In this document: positions 26,971 to 40,389 of the stretch, in pieces
Numbering within the stretch: position 1 is the first letter of the stretch
Layout of the letters: the number at the start of each line of letters is the position of its first letter
Assembly: GCF_002113885.1 (NCBI RefSeq)
Contig: NW_018408358.1
Location: forward strand, 321,903-385,902
Direction of reading: 5' to 3'
Length of the DNA: 64,000 nt
Origin: Mizuhopecten yessoensis
Lineage: Eukaryota
Program-made: the position numbers and the translations under genes
The notes under the pieces: generated by a model
Database searches by the model: none
What the model saw: the letters and a program-made list of their open reading frames with translations, nothing else
What the model was told of the DNA's origin: nothing

Positions 26971-27690
26971 TAGTATAAATCCTCGTTATACTGCCACCGT
27001 TTGTCCAGAAAAAAAACAGATTAAGAGGGCCCGCATGTCAAAGAGGAAGCGAAAAGTTGGTTTATTGAAATACACTGACGGTAAGTAAAGTGACAAGTTA
27101 AACGAGGGGCGTTAAATCGAGATTTTATAGTACTTCAACGTGGGGCGTTATATCGAGGTTTTATAGTACTTCAACGTGGAGCGTTATATCGAGGTTTTAT
27201 AGTACTTCAACGTGGGGCGTTATATAAAGGTTTTATAGTGAAACTGCATGGGTACCTTCAACGAGGATTTTCTTTATATCGATATTTTACTACTGTATAT
27301 ATAAAACGTTGAACATTATATCCAGGTTTTACCGAATATAAACGAGAAGTAATATTGTGTATACGATGACAATATATAGAAGCTTTACTGTTTATAAACA
27401 AGGGGCATTATATCGAGGTTTTACTGAATATAAACTAAGGACGTTATATCGAAGTTATACTGTATATAAACGAGGGACAGTATATCGAAGTTATACTGTA
27501 TATAAACGAGGGACATTATATCGAAGTTATACTGTACATAAACGAAGAGCATTATATAGAAGTTTCACTGTATATAAACGAAGGGCATTATATCAAGGTT
27601 TTCCTGTATATAAACAAGGGACATTATATCAAGGTTTAGTGTATATAAACGAAGGGCAGTATATCGAGGTTTTACGATGTAAGGCAAGGG
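26971..27690. repeat. Tc1/pogo-type MITE whose right end is amplified into a 36-bp tandem array
   Basis: Left end TAGTATAAATCCTCGTTATA is an approximate inverse of the unit end TATATCGAGGTTTTACTGTA. 36-bp units run from ~27100 to 27690. A single-copy homologue of the right end lies at 733-790. Confidence 0.7.
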
Positions 27691-28795
27691 GCATTGTGTC
27701 GTAAATTCATATTTGTATAAAGGAGGGAAGATATATACCCGGCTCAATGGAGTTCAGTTTAGAGGGTTCGTGTGAGGCTGTTAAACAGTAAACTACTGTT
27801 GATTCTGATGTATGGGTTTCTAAACAAAAAACTAGAATAACGAAATGTTTGGAGTACTAAAGCATTAATTTTACTTTGAAACGAGATAAGGTTTTAAATA
27901 CACACTGCAGGACGTTAGTTCTTTCCAGATTTTCCAAGCGATTCAGATAAATGACATTTTGCAAAAGTTCGACAGATTTTTTCAAACTAACGACAGTCGT
28001 TTACTACATATCGCTGTATCTATATATAGACATTTTGCTATAATTTTATATTTCCCAATTTCTAATAATTATAAAAATAAACATGAGCCATTTCCTCAAT
28101 ACTTATTTAGCTAAAAATATCAACGCTTACTTAACATATATGACAAACCAATGACATTAAAAACTTTTACTTATATAAATATGGATTTAAATCATGTTAA
28201 AAAGTAATAAAAATATCGAAAATTTTCAGATTGTTTTCGTTGAAAACAAAATAGGTTAATGACTCATGAAGGTAATTAGGTTTTTAAACAATCGGGTCTC
28301 TACGCTTTCTTTTATGTATCTATACAATAATTCTCAAACAACAGTTCAGGCATGCTTGTTATGACGTGTACACTTTATTCCCTTATTATATGAAATAATA
28401 AGCGTTTAGTTAAGCTATACAGGTTATTACGATTTCACCGGGCGGGGATGGGGTTAACATGAATAGGAGAACGGTCGTTAGAATTACGCATGAAATAACG
28501 TGATATTGCAACTTCAAACTGGCATGTTTTGACTAAATCAAGTTCTGGTAGGGCTGTAATATGAACTATTGGGCTTTAAGAATCCCCGTCCCACTGCAGG
28601 AAAAAATATCCATGTAGGTTTTCGTACAGTAATATCCGATTTAATTTATGTTTCTTCAATTTGACTATGACATATTCCAGGGATGCAGAGAGCGAAAGAG
28701 AGCGTAACCCCTGGAGTATCGAGGATGCGGTTTGCCGGATAGGCCCGAGTGGATTGTGTCTGCTCCAAAGACCCTCACATATCAAGCCAATCGGA

Positions 28796-28853
28796 AACCG
28801 TCGGCACTTTCCGTAAACGAATATTTTTTCGTTTACGGAAAGTGCCGACGGTT
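28796..28853. repeat. Perfect 26-bp inverted repeat with 6-nt loop
   Basis: AACCGTCGGCACTTTCCGTAAACGAA-tatttt-TTCGTTTACGGAAAGTGCCGACGGTT. Confidence 0.95.
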
Positions 28854-29704
28854 CCCAAGCAGGACGTGCTGAAATATATTGCTGTTGCCATGACATTTTT
28901 TTCCCGACCTTGACCTTCCTTCTCGTGACCATTTTATGACACGACGACCGGTACATTTTCAGTGCAAATGTTTATTTTTCGTTTGGATTAAAAATATTTA
29001 GACGGAATTCCGGAATTCAAGGTCCTCACACGATATCGATCGACATGTACAAGACTTAGCCAAAATTCTATAGCATGAACACTCGCATGGCTTCTACCGA
29101 TCGCGGAATCTATGGTAACTCACTTTAAACGGGTGTTCCTATTTATTTAAATTGCACCTCGTGAACAGTAATTGTATTGTGAAGATAGAGAGAAGTGCTT
29201 TCAGAAAGTGTTCCGTCAGAATTAAAGTGTCTTTATAACCAGTGTACGGGGAGAAAATAGCATGTTAATTTAAAACCTATAATCACATTTTCAGTCACCA
29301 AATTGAGTTGGGGTTCGATTAGTCCTGCAGAATAACAGATAAACATGCAGAGACTGTTTGTCAGATGTTGAAATGTTCATACCGCACTCCTATTAACCCC
29401 ATTCTTATAAAAAACAACAACACGAATTTAGAAGAACGAGGTCCATTATTCAAATTCGATGTGATTGTTCGCAAGAACTAGCACTTTTGAAATAGACAAA
29501 AGTCGAAACATGTTTGAACTTTGTTATTTCGAATCAGATCTCACATATCAAGATTATCTCGAAGTCATGGTCCAAACCACTGCAGCATCATAACACTTGA
29601 ACACCTGTTCAAGACGGACCCAGTGACACGTGAAACTTCGATCCTTTGTGATTGCAGCAAAATATGTCTTAACTCATACCTGCGTTTGATGAAATCCTGT
29701 AATA

Positions 29705-30081
29705 TAATGTAAAACCTGACTATACTGACATGTCTTAAACAACATCCTGCAATATACCGTGAAAACCTGACATTTCCGACACCTGGTTTTAAGGACATCC
29801 CGTACTATGTTGTAACATCTTATTTTACTTATAAGATTTTTATAACGACAGCATTACCTTGTATACCGCTAAGCCTGCTTTTTCCGACATCTGGCCGTAA
29901 AGATGTCCTATTATAAACAGCAAAACCTGCCTATACTGACATCTGAGTAAATGGACACACTTTAACATCCAGCACGATTTGACTTGATTTCTCCGAGTAA
30001 CACTCAGTTTACCGACACACTGTCGTATCTGACCGAATTATCCAGTAACCTTTGTTGTCGGTATAGTCAGGTGACACTGTA
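29705..30081. mobile_element. Tc1/pogo-type MITE with several copies of the left TIR
   Basis: AAACCTGACTATACTGACA (29712) with variants at ~29763, ~29872 and ~29923, versus inverted TGTCGGTATAGTCAGGTGACACTGTA (30056-30081). Confidence 0.6.
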
Positions 30082-30726
30082 ACCAGCAGGACGATATAGA
30101 GTCCCAAGATATGTTTCAAATTGTCTGAAAATTCGTGTCTATTTTACTCCCGTACCACAGCAAAATGTCGCGACAATAAGGGCTCCAGATCACTTGTTTA
30201 TGTCGATACTTGCAATTTCGAAATAACGAAGTGCGGCAAATAAATAAATAAAATGTAACTGTTGACGTTACGGTGATATCAATATTTCATTTTCCTGGAT
30301 AAGCATGTTGCCTTCTGTTTCATTTTGGTGTCTGAATGTTCTGCGCGTGTCTATATAAAGATAGTGTTCTCGTACATGTATAGCCCTTTAGTTGTTGCGT
30401 AGAAAAGACAGGTGAAGAATCATTAAACACTATTAAACCTCAGCGTAACAACATATCGAGATTGTAACGGAATAAAAACAGCTACAAAAGCGTATCGAGA
30501 TTGTTCCCGCGAAATCAATTTGACAGAATACATAAGTAAAACTCCTATTTTGATAATTTTATTGACTTGGCATTCGTATCACACTATAATAAAGGCGAAA
30601 CGCGAACAATGAACCCGGAAACGATGATAGGAAATGCACTCGCGTGGGTTTTTCTTATTTGATAATGTTATCAAGATGTTCAGGGTTCACGCTCGTCAGG
30701 TGCAAACTGCTACAGCCGTTTACCAC

Positions 30727-31665
30727 GGGGCGTCTCCCATTAGACGGGCCGAAACTCTTGTACCGGGACAAAATGGGAAATGTTATGATAATAGGATAAG
30801 CATTATTAACGATTGTTGAAAAAAAGGCGCGTCTCCAGTTAGACGGAGAATCTTGTATTTTGTCAGATTCTGAAACTATTCTGAAAGAAAGCAACAGGTT
30901 GGGGCGTTTCCCAATAGTTAAGTTGAACTTGTAGCTCTAGGTCAAATATGGAATATATGATGAGCAAATTGGGATGATTTCCATTAGTTGGCCAGAACCT
31001 ATATATACAGAATATACACATTTATGATATGATTAAATGATAAAATGACAACAGTAAATATATATTATATTAACATATTGATCTTTCCCACTAGTCTCTT
31101 GTTAACCGCTGCAATACAAGAAATATTGGTAATCTTTGATATTATATAGTAAACTGTGAGCCTTTATAACCAAAATGTTGGACTTTCTACCATTATGTTG
31201 GCTGATCCTCTCGTACCAGATAGAAATATCATGCAACGTTTTGAAAATACTGATTTCAATTATAATCAAGCAAACCAACAGAATAAAGCGTCTTCCATTA
31301 GTTTGGTCGATGCTCTTGTATCGGGTCAGAATAAAGATTAAAATCCGAATCAGCACTCGCTAGACTGGAGCGTCTCCCATTAGTCAGGCGGTCTCTTTTT
31401 TAGCAGACCAGAATAAAGATAGATAGAAAAGACCACCAAACCTTAGTTTGGGGTGCCTCCCATTAGTATGAGTGTCTCACTTTTACCAGGTCAGAACAGA
31501 GATAGAAAAGAATTAACAACGAAACTTTAGGATGGAGCGTCTCCGATTAGTCAGGCTAATCCTGTTCTGTTGAATCAAAATGCCGAAAGGAATAACATTT
31601 CAGCGAATCATCAGGTTGGGCGTATCCCTTTAGTAGGATGAAACTCCTTGTATCGAACGAGAAAG
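30727..31665 (+). repeat. Highly degenerate ~84-bp repeat (core GGxGCGTCTCCCATTAG), about 10 copies; possibly a decayed 28-aa-repeat coding region
   Basis: Core at ~30729, 30826, 30901, 30972, 31180, 31287, 31368, 31451, 31534 and 31618. Units translate as GASPIRRAETLVPGQN, ASSISLVDALVSGQNKD, GASPISQAVSFLADQNKD, GVPPISMSVSLLPGQNRD, GASPISQANPVLLNQN. Confidence 0.7.
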
Positions 31666-32179
31666 TGTGGCATTAGTGAAAATAAATAAAACGTAACGGT
31701 AAGTTCCTGAATTAATGTAGGGTGTTGTCCTCTTGTAGAGAACATAAATACATCAGCAATAACGAAACTGCTGTATAGTTGAAACATTTAACATACCAGG
31801 TATGTATAATGTGATGATTATTAGAAGCGATAGCTGTAAATAGATATAACGCACGTGGAAAGCACGTGAAAAACACGTGGTGATGTTTAAGAGATGGGAT
31901 TTTGTGTACGGTATAAAGTCTAGTGAAATATTTCAAAAATATGAACAGTTATTCGAAATCGTTTTAACAAGCTAACCGAATTGTTGTAATTGCTCAAACA
32001 ACCCTATCCAGATCGGAACATATGTTATTGTTATTTGGTTTCAAAGGCTGTACAATTATTTCAGTATATAGGGTAACATTATGAGCATCATCGGCTACCG
32101 GGCTTGCTGCATGTAGTTATAGAGGTATATGTGCTGATTACGGTTTATTGTACGGGTGATGCCTGCGGTATTTTTTAGA

Positions 32180-33385
32180 TTAACTACTTCCGATTTGTTG
32201 AAGAGTTTCTGTTTGCAGTTTGCTGTAGAGGTACTGCTTCTGGATGTTTAGCATTGTTACTGCATACGGTTTGGTGAAGAGGTTCTGTCTTCTGTCTCCG
32301 GTTTGTTGAAGAGCTTCTGTTTGAATTTTGTTGTAGAGGTACTACTTCCGGTTTGTTACTAGGGTAGCGCTTTTTTTTCATGGGTACTGCATGCGGTTTG
32401 TTGAAGAGATACTTCCTCCGATAAGTTCAAGATGAACTGCTTCCGGTTTGTTGAAGTGGTTCTGCCTGTGGGATGTCGTAAAAGTGCTACTTCATGTTTG
32501 TTGAAGAAGTTCTGTCTGTGGTATGTCGTAAAATAACTTCTTTCGGTTTGTTGAAGAGGTTCTGTCTGTGGTATGTCGTAAAAGTACTACTTCCGGTTTG
32601 TTGAAGAGATTCTGTTTACGTTTTTGTATGAAAGTACTGCTTTGGGTTTGTTGCAGAGGAATTGCTTTAGGTATGTTGAAGAGGTTCTGTTTGTGGTATG
32701 TTGAAGAGGTTCTGTTTGTGGTATGTTGAAGAGGTTCTGTTTGTGGTATGTTGAAGAGGTTCTGTTTGTGGTATGTTGAAGAGGTTCTGTTTGTGGTATG
32801 TTGAAGAGGTTCTGTTTGTGGTATGTTGAAGAGGTTCTGTTTGTGGTATGTTGAAGAGGTTCTGTTTGTGGTATGTTGAAGAGGTTCTGTTTGTGGTATG
32901 TTGAAGAGGTTCTGTTTGTGGTATGTTGAAGAGGTTCTGTTTGTGGTATGTTGAAGAGGTTCTGTTTGTGGTATGTTGAAGAGGTTCTGTTTGTGGTATG
33001 TTGAAGAGGTTCTGTTTGTGGTATGTTGAAGAGGTTCTGTTTGTGGTATGTTGAAGAGGTTCTGTTTGTGGTATGTTGAAGAGGTTCTGTTTGTGGTATG
33101 TTGAAGAGGTTCTGTTTGTGGTATGTCGTAGAGGTACTCCTTCCGGTTTGTTGTAGAGGAACTGCTTTAGGTTTACTGCAGAGAAAACCTTGCAGAGTGC
33201 CGTTTTATTACATGATGAAGTAACGTCCTTATTCTGTCATCGACTTGGTCAAAGTTTTGTCTACTCTTTGTACTTGGTTTCTTATAGAGGTACTATTTCC
33301 GGTTTGTTGTTGAGGAACTGCTTCCGGTTTGCTTTAGAGGACCTTTTTCCGGTTTGTTGAAGAGATACTGCTTGCGGGTTGTTGT
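32180..33385. repeat. 25-bp tandem array: perfect core (TGTTGAAGAGGTTCTGTTTGTGGTA)x~18 at 32672-33125 inside degenerate copies
   Basis: Direct periodicity. Confidence 0.95.
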
Positions 33386-33745
33386 AATACAATTAATTAC
33401 ATCGTCTCTTTATATATATATATATATATATATGTTAGAGAAATGTTTGCAGAAATAGAAATTCCGATCGATATTCGTATTCTATTACATACCTGATGAA
33501 TTAAGCTATCATGATACAGCCAAATTTAAGGCCATGCATGGCAGCAAAACAACTGGAACATGCCACAGGAATGTTGTACGTATTAGCCCTTGTAGCTTGG
33601 AAGCTTTTTCAGATGGAATGCATCTTATGTTATCCAAGAGAAGAAAAAATAAGATTGGTTCCAAACGTTTTACACAGCCATTTTATGATAATGATAAATT
33701 GACGTCATTATTCCGTTATCGATAATGCTAATAATATACGTTTGG

Positions 33746-34060
33746 TATAGCGCCCTATCTAGTTAGGAAAACCCACTCTAAAGCACTTTACAGTACATAT
33801 ATATATATATAATTAATATAATCAATACAATTTGTGAGAAATTCGCAGGAACTGCCTTATCTCGCGCTAACTACTAGTTATATGCCACCTGGCTAATATC
33901 TCCCTATGTGTGTATGCCTGCGCTGGACATGTTATGTGTTCTGTTTGTAATGGGACCATGCTTCCAACAGTATCATTTATAGGGACACCTCACTTGAATG
34001 GTACAGCACATATACCGCAACATCCACCCCAGACTATTTTATACTACACCTGGGTTGTTG
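33746..34060 (-). mobile_element. SINE copy, same family as 58775-59192, head missing
   Basis: Shares ATAGCGCCCTAT..CACTCTAAAGC.CTTTACAGTACATA and GCGCTAACTACTAGT.ATATGCCACCT.GCTAATAT.TCCCTATGTG with the 58.8-kb copy. Confidence 0.75.
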
Positions 34061-34439
34061 AGGTTGGTGTCCGGATGCGCAGAGGTCTTAATGTGGGAGG
34101 AAACCAGAGTACCTGGATAAAACCCACGGTAAAGGTTTTGTCCATCCTTTGTACTTAGTTAAAGGTTTCGTTAATTGATATGAAACACAGAAGTGAATAC
34201 CCTGTAAAGTATATATTATGTACGTAAACGTAGTTGTACGGACACATGTGAACATTATAATAAAAGCAATACAAATCCCTTTGTGCTGACGTTGAGGATA
34301 ACAATATTGTATTCCGCGGACGTACGCACCCTCTCAGGTACTATGAGTATTCAATGTATTCTTCGACACAATAATTTCAAACTTTCTGCGATTCAAGATC
34401 GAGACACAGGCGATGTTTTCTTATATATTGGATATAAAC

Positions 34440-34640
34440 TTCAGTTATTTTACAATAATTATGACACCAGTTTTTCAATCTTTTGATAAACTCTCTTGTT
34501 AGTTCGGATGCGCAGAGGTCTTTATGAGGGAAGAAACCAGAGTACCTGGAGAAAACCCAGGTTGTCGGGCACGTGATCAATTAAACGACCATCTTGATGA
34601 AAGGCGAGTGCACTATCTACTGCGCCACTCAACCGCCCAC
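34440..34640 (-). mobile_element. tRNA-derived V-type SINE (partial second copy at ~34070-34130)
   Basis: GAAACCAGAGTACCTGGAGAAAACCCA is the reverse of the V core; CACTATCTACTGCGCCA is the reverse of the tRNA head seen at 26299. Confidence 0.75.
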
Positions 34641-37600
34641 CCATAATACTCACTGTATAGTATGGACATAAGGGTAAAACACCGTAGCTTCTAAAACGTG
34701 TCTTGTCACTTTACACTTTTGCTAAACGCACTTGATTGTTAGAGGCTGTGAAAAAAACCCAGCAGTGAATACAGAAATGTCAGCACAAACTTCAAAGGTA
34801 AGGGGAAAATAAGACCAGGTGTTCCGGAATGTCAAGTGTCTGCTGCATACTCGACGACACCCGCCATTTATATCTAAGTAAAATCCGAGTAATGTCACGT
34901 CCTCATAACGAGAACCGGGTAGTGACAGCAGAACAACAAGGCACACTAATGATAAAAAACCATCGAAAGTATTTCACACAAAGAAATAAAATGTTTCCGA
35001 ATGAGATCACGATGTCGACCACAGCACTTGTCTACTGTCTTCACCTACCTGTAATTTTGGAAGATTTTTTTTTGCGAAAAATAATCTCAAGTAGGGTTAA
35101 AATACGATGATAGTCAGTGTTTAGCTACGGAATAATGGAATGGCGCACATCAGCCACCTTACCACACAAAGCAATATAATCGTTTGTAATGGAGATACAC
35201 TATTTGTGTAACTTGTGGGTAAACTTTGCTGGTTCTTGTAAAGAACGACTGCCTTGTCATTGGGCGGCACGCTACAGCATGACCAATAAAAACCGTAAGA
35301 GCTTTGTAATGTGGAAAGCAAAGACGGTAATTAAAATACGGGTTGTGACTCGCCGTAAACAAGTGTGGAACTTCCATTGGAAACAACTCCAAGGCTAGCG
35401 CGCTGTGTTCTACACTATTATGCGATGACGTAATATATGCACTTCTCGCGGCACGCGCTACAACATGGCGTGGTTTGACAAGAAAATTAGATGTTTAGAC
35501 AACCCCTTGAAAACAATATAGATAGTCAGACTTATTTCCTGCTTAAGCATTCCCTTATCACGAACAAAAATGGATTCACGACCATGTTTCCTGACGAAAT
35601 GCCTTTTACAAACCGGAAATAGATATATTTAATGCCGAGACAACACCTTACCAATTAGAACGAGACTGTATGACATGTTTGCTGTTTAGAAAACTAGGAA
35701 TTAAGAAGTATATTGTCAGACTATCAACCGAGATGTTCCCTTAATCATGATTGATATATTCCGACATTTTTTTTTTTTGCGGAGGCGCATCCTTGTGAAA
35801 AAGATTGTCTAAAAAATGTATTGCCGAGATGTCCACCAGGAAAAAGTCTGAAATATATATTGCCGAGATACCCCCTTGGTAGCCAAAACGAGGCTGCCGG
35901 ACATATTTACTGCTGACACAACCCTTTCTAAATGAAAAATACTTTCTCAGACAAATCCAAAATAGAAAGTCAATCATATTTACAGCAGAAATAATCTCCA
36001 GACAACAGGAAGGGGATTGTCAAGCATATCATTTCCTGAAACACCCCCTTGTGAATAAATACGTAGACAGACATATATTGACTGCTGTGGCATTCCTTAC
36101 AACGGAAGAAGACCGGCAAACAATATTTTACTTCCGAAAACACCCCCCAGAAAGAGGAAGACATTTACTTAATATTGAAACATTTCCTTTTAAATAGGGC
36201 GGATACTGGCATATTTACTGCCGATTTGGAAATTTACATGAGAGTATGGAAAGAAAATACAAATTGAATGAATCCGCGCAAAAAAAAAAGCAGAAAAATA
36301 TTATACTATCCATCTCAAATCTAATAAACGATTATAATAAACGCTGCAAAAAAATATCCGGAAATATCCCGACTTATGATAATGGCACTGAAACGTTTTT
36401 TTCCGGACGTGTTTTTATGAGATTATGGGAAAAAGCACACACACATCGGCAGATAAAAATCGAGTCATAAAAAAGGAAAACCGGAGTTTAGTTCCAAGTC
36501 GTAAAATAGGAAATCGGGAAGAAAAAGACTATAGCATATACATAAACATACTTGTGTTAAATCTAACTAATCCTTGAAACAAATTAACGTTGAATTTTAA
36601 CTGGGTGTGGTAAGGGCACCGATGCTAATGTGTTCCCGGTAAGACGTGAATGAACATTAAAACGATTAACGCCGTTGATATAGACGAGTGCAAATCTTTT
36701 TAATGCTCCGTCAAACCTTTGAATTTATTACTGTAAAAAAATGTATAGTTAACTCGTAAACTATAATGTTTACTTGACTTACGGATAATCCCAGCCTAAA
36801 CTTCAAAATATTAACTTTGTCAGTGTATTTAGTTAAATTTCAAACCTTATCCATAGGAATGTGTTTCAAGGACACACGAAGCTAGCAAGTATTCCATACG
36901 CTTGTAGTTCCTGCCTGAAATAATTCCAATTAACTACTGTGCCCAGTCGGATCATTTCGCCCTTTTCCGTCGCAAGCTAGAAAAAAGAAATGACTGATAT
37001 TGTTCAATTACATGACAGTGCCTGCAGACAATTTAAAAGTAAAATTGACGACAGACGCTTGGGTGAATAAACTCGACATGCATTCAAACATAAGAAACAA
37101 GTGCAATCATATTTGGATATTTCGAATTGGCATAAAAGTATATATGTGTTTTTTTTCCACGTTCCATGTCAAAGGTTTCGATTACAGATATCAGAATAAT
37201 AGGTGTCTTAATTCCTGTTTAGAATCGTGGGACCATAGCTATGAACAGAATATAATTTAACATTGATTTTTTTTTGACATTCAGCTGATACATGTACTTT
37301 AAAATTGATCTTCCTATTTGAGGTTGATTTTCAATAATTAGGTAAGTCAACAGACAGCAACATAAAGTGAAATAGGACGTCGTGATCATGACGTAATAAC
37401 AATTTATAATGACGTCACGATCATAATTTCGGAGTTTTAGTCACAAAGCTCACAATTGAACTCAGAAGGTTTGTAATATAGTGGCAATGTGACGTAATTA
37501 AAGATTTATCCTTTCTGAGCTGGTGTTAGACAAGGAATGGCTTTAGATCATGTTTCAATAGATTCAGTGATGCTGGTAGCATGCAAAGCGTTGTTTTAGA

Positions 37601-39566
37601 GCATGCCATTCTTTGAAAAGTACTGGTTAAACAAAGAAAGACGGTAAAACACATTAGCAATACCTTGTGTTTTTGTTTAAAAAAATCTAAGATGGCTCGA
37701 TCGTTTTCTGAAAACACTTTAAACAAAAACATGTATGCTATTAGCCGTCCATCAGTGGCCGTGTACATCTACGAGCGCACACTCAGTCGCAGTTAATGAA
37801 AATAAATCTTGGTCATCCGGATTTCTATATTCCGGACGCTGACAATTAAGAAATATTTTACATCTTTTTGCCCTTACTGTTCGCCTTCGTGACACATGAT
37901 TAACCTCTGAGAAACAAAATATTATGTTTCTCGAAAAAAAAGCAATGATCTGATTAACGCGTCATTGTATTCGTTTGCTTCTGTCATTTGGAACTAGGTC
38001 AGTAATGACCCTTGCAGATATTTCTAGAAAGTCTCCGAATAAGGGAAATATGATCGCTGAAACGAAACTTGAGTGCGTGAAGGAGACATTGATGTTTATT
38101 GCCCCTTCACATGATCAGTATCGACTAATCAAAAACTCTGTTATAAAGATGAGGTATATGATAATACATTTTGGAAGTCATTTTCAATAATTTTGGAAAA
38201 TCGTCATTCCGGACGGTATTGTGGAAAGCAAACCGGTTCAAACCAATTTTTAAATGATAATATGTGTAATTCGGACTGTAGTTTTCTATTCACTTATCCG
38301 GACGGTTTTATTCAGAAACTATTTGAATTTTCAATTATAGTCCCCTTTTTATAAATCCAGAAAAACGATTCCTGGCCTTTTCCACTAGAAAATGATTCTT
38401 CACTATTGACAAGCTTTCACTATGTAATCCGGACTTCGATAATCCGGAAACTGATAGTCGGGAAATATTTAATTTTTGGATATTATTTCAGTTTTAATAA
38501 CTCGGAAAGTGGATATTCTGGATAACGCTGTGGGAAGCAGACGTTTCCGGACACAAATATCCATTTGAGGGATAAAATAAATACTAACAACTTATGCATG
38601 TTCAAAATTATTACACATACTCACCAATGACTGTCGTCGTTCTATTCAATGATAATCTTCATTGCCAGTATAACCGTTAACTACTCGGGTCTTTCCGTCA
38701 CAATGACGATTTATCCGGAATCAGACGGAAAAGACCGATTCGTTTTTTCATTTGTTGTACAGAAGTTTGCTCGGTTCCGGATCATCTAAGTGTGCTGTTT
38801 AATGCATCAAATTGTAAATCAATCAACTCCTTGATACAATTCACATGACTTGACCTAGATCGCACATAAAACCCTGGAGTGTACAGAAACCAAGTGATCT
38901 GGAACGGAAATGATAACAACCCTTTTGGTCGATTGGAACAGTGTCTGCTGTGAGAATAAACGTGATAGTTTCAGGAAGGAGTCTTTGCTAACTCTATTTC
39001 CGATGGGTTTTTTTTTATCATTAGCACATTTAGCAGATGTCGAGCTTCATGGTGGCCGTGAATGAATAGAGTTATGTATTTATATGAGGATTCCATTGAA
39101 AGGATTTTTAGTATTAATGCATCAACAGTCAATGACGTCATATCGCCGCTTAATGAATGTAAGGAGACGGGTTTATATAAGTACTCTGAACCTTTCGAAT
39201 CCTTGTAATATGTTTATTATTCTTTTACTTCAACATATTGACAATGAAATTAAGTTGAAACTTATACAAATTATTGAGAGAACGGAGCATACGTTATTCG
39301 CCTTAAAGTGACGTAAAATGGCGCGTGCGGACGTACTGGACACGACCTCTACTATTCATCTTTATTTAACTAAGAGCACTAGGGAGATGAAAATTGATCT
39401 TCTTTTACCTTGTTTTTTCTCTCTTGTACTTTTTGTTGTTAGTTTGATGTTATTATTGAATTTTACTGCCCTTATTATATATTTCTATATTTGTTTGTGG
39501 GTGATATCGCCGCGAACAAAAAAAAAAAGAATTAGATTTTTTTTTCTCTTTGTGTCGTGTTTTGGG

Positions 39567-39997
39567 GGTTTGGTTGGTTTAGTATTGTTTAACGTCCTAT
39601 CAACAGCTATGGTCATTTAAGGTCGGCCTCCCCTTGTGACAGCGCGGAACTGATGCCGACTTTATAGTGCTACCTCACTGAAACATACTGCCGAAGACAC
39701 CCAGCAGGAGACCACACCCGGTCACATTATACTGACAACGGGCGAACCAGTCGTCCCACTCCTAATTTACTGAGCGTAAAGCAGGAATAGAAACTACCAT
39801 TTTTACACACTCTTGTATGTCTTCCTCACAGGGGCGAACGCTAATCTAAAGACCAAAAGTGAGGCATTGTCAAGGGAGACATTAGGAAGAAGATAGTTTT
39901 TTAGAAAGAAGTGAAAATTTAAGATCCCAAATTGAGTCGCCTCTTACGATCATGCAATGGGGGCAGCAGGTACAATTCGTACGCCCTACTTGCAGGG
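39567..39997 (-). mobile_element. Composite MetaSINE: structured 5' leader, tRNA remnant, Meta core, and a tail shared with the V-type SINE
   Basis: Meta core CCCGGTCACATTATACTGACAACGGGCGAACCAGTC; tail is the reverse of CCTTAAATGACCATAGCTGTT.ATAGGACG; bounded by tcgtgttttggg / tcgtgtttttggg direct repeats. Confidence 0.75.
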
Positions 39998-40389
39998 ACT
40001 TCGTGTTTTTGGGCGAAAATACAAAACAACGAGAACTAAGGTTTGTTAGCTCTCGTCTGTTCTCCTCAAAAATACGAAAAAACGAGATTTTTTCGGGTAG
40101 AAAGACGAAAGGACGGAACTGAGGTTTGTTAAATCTGGTCATTTCGGGGCGGAGTAATGAGACAACGATATGACAAAAGTCAGTCACCGTATACGTAGTA
40201 CAGCCTTGGATTGCCTGTTTTCAGAATGACGTACAAATGTACCAGGATTTTGTACCACGTTATTGTATCGAAGTTACGACATATATGTCTTATGCCACTG
40301 TTTTATTACCTAATACATTACGAAAGTCAGTTTTGTTATAATATCATACTTCGGACTAGACTCCCCCTCCTCCCCTCTCTATCTTCCTC

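Noticed and set aside
28576-28956. 126-aa ORF and an ILDTPG (GIMAP-like) motif in another frame
   Set aside because: No P-loop or other GTPase motifs; no recognisable domain.
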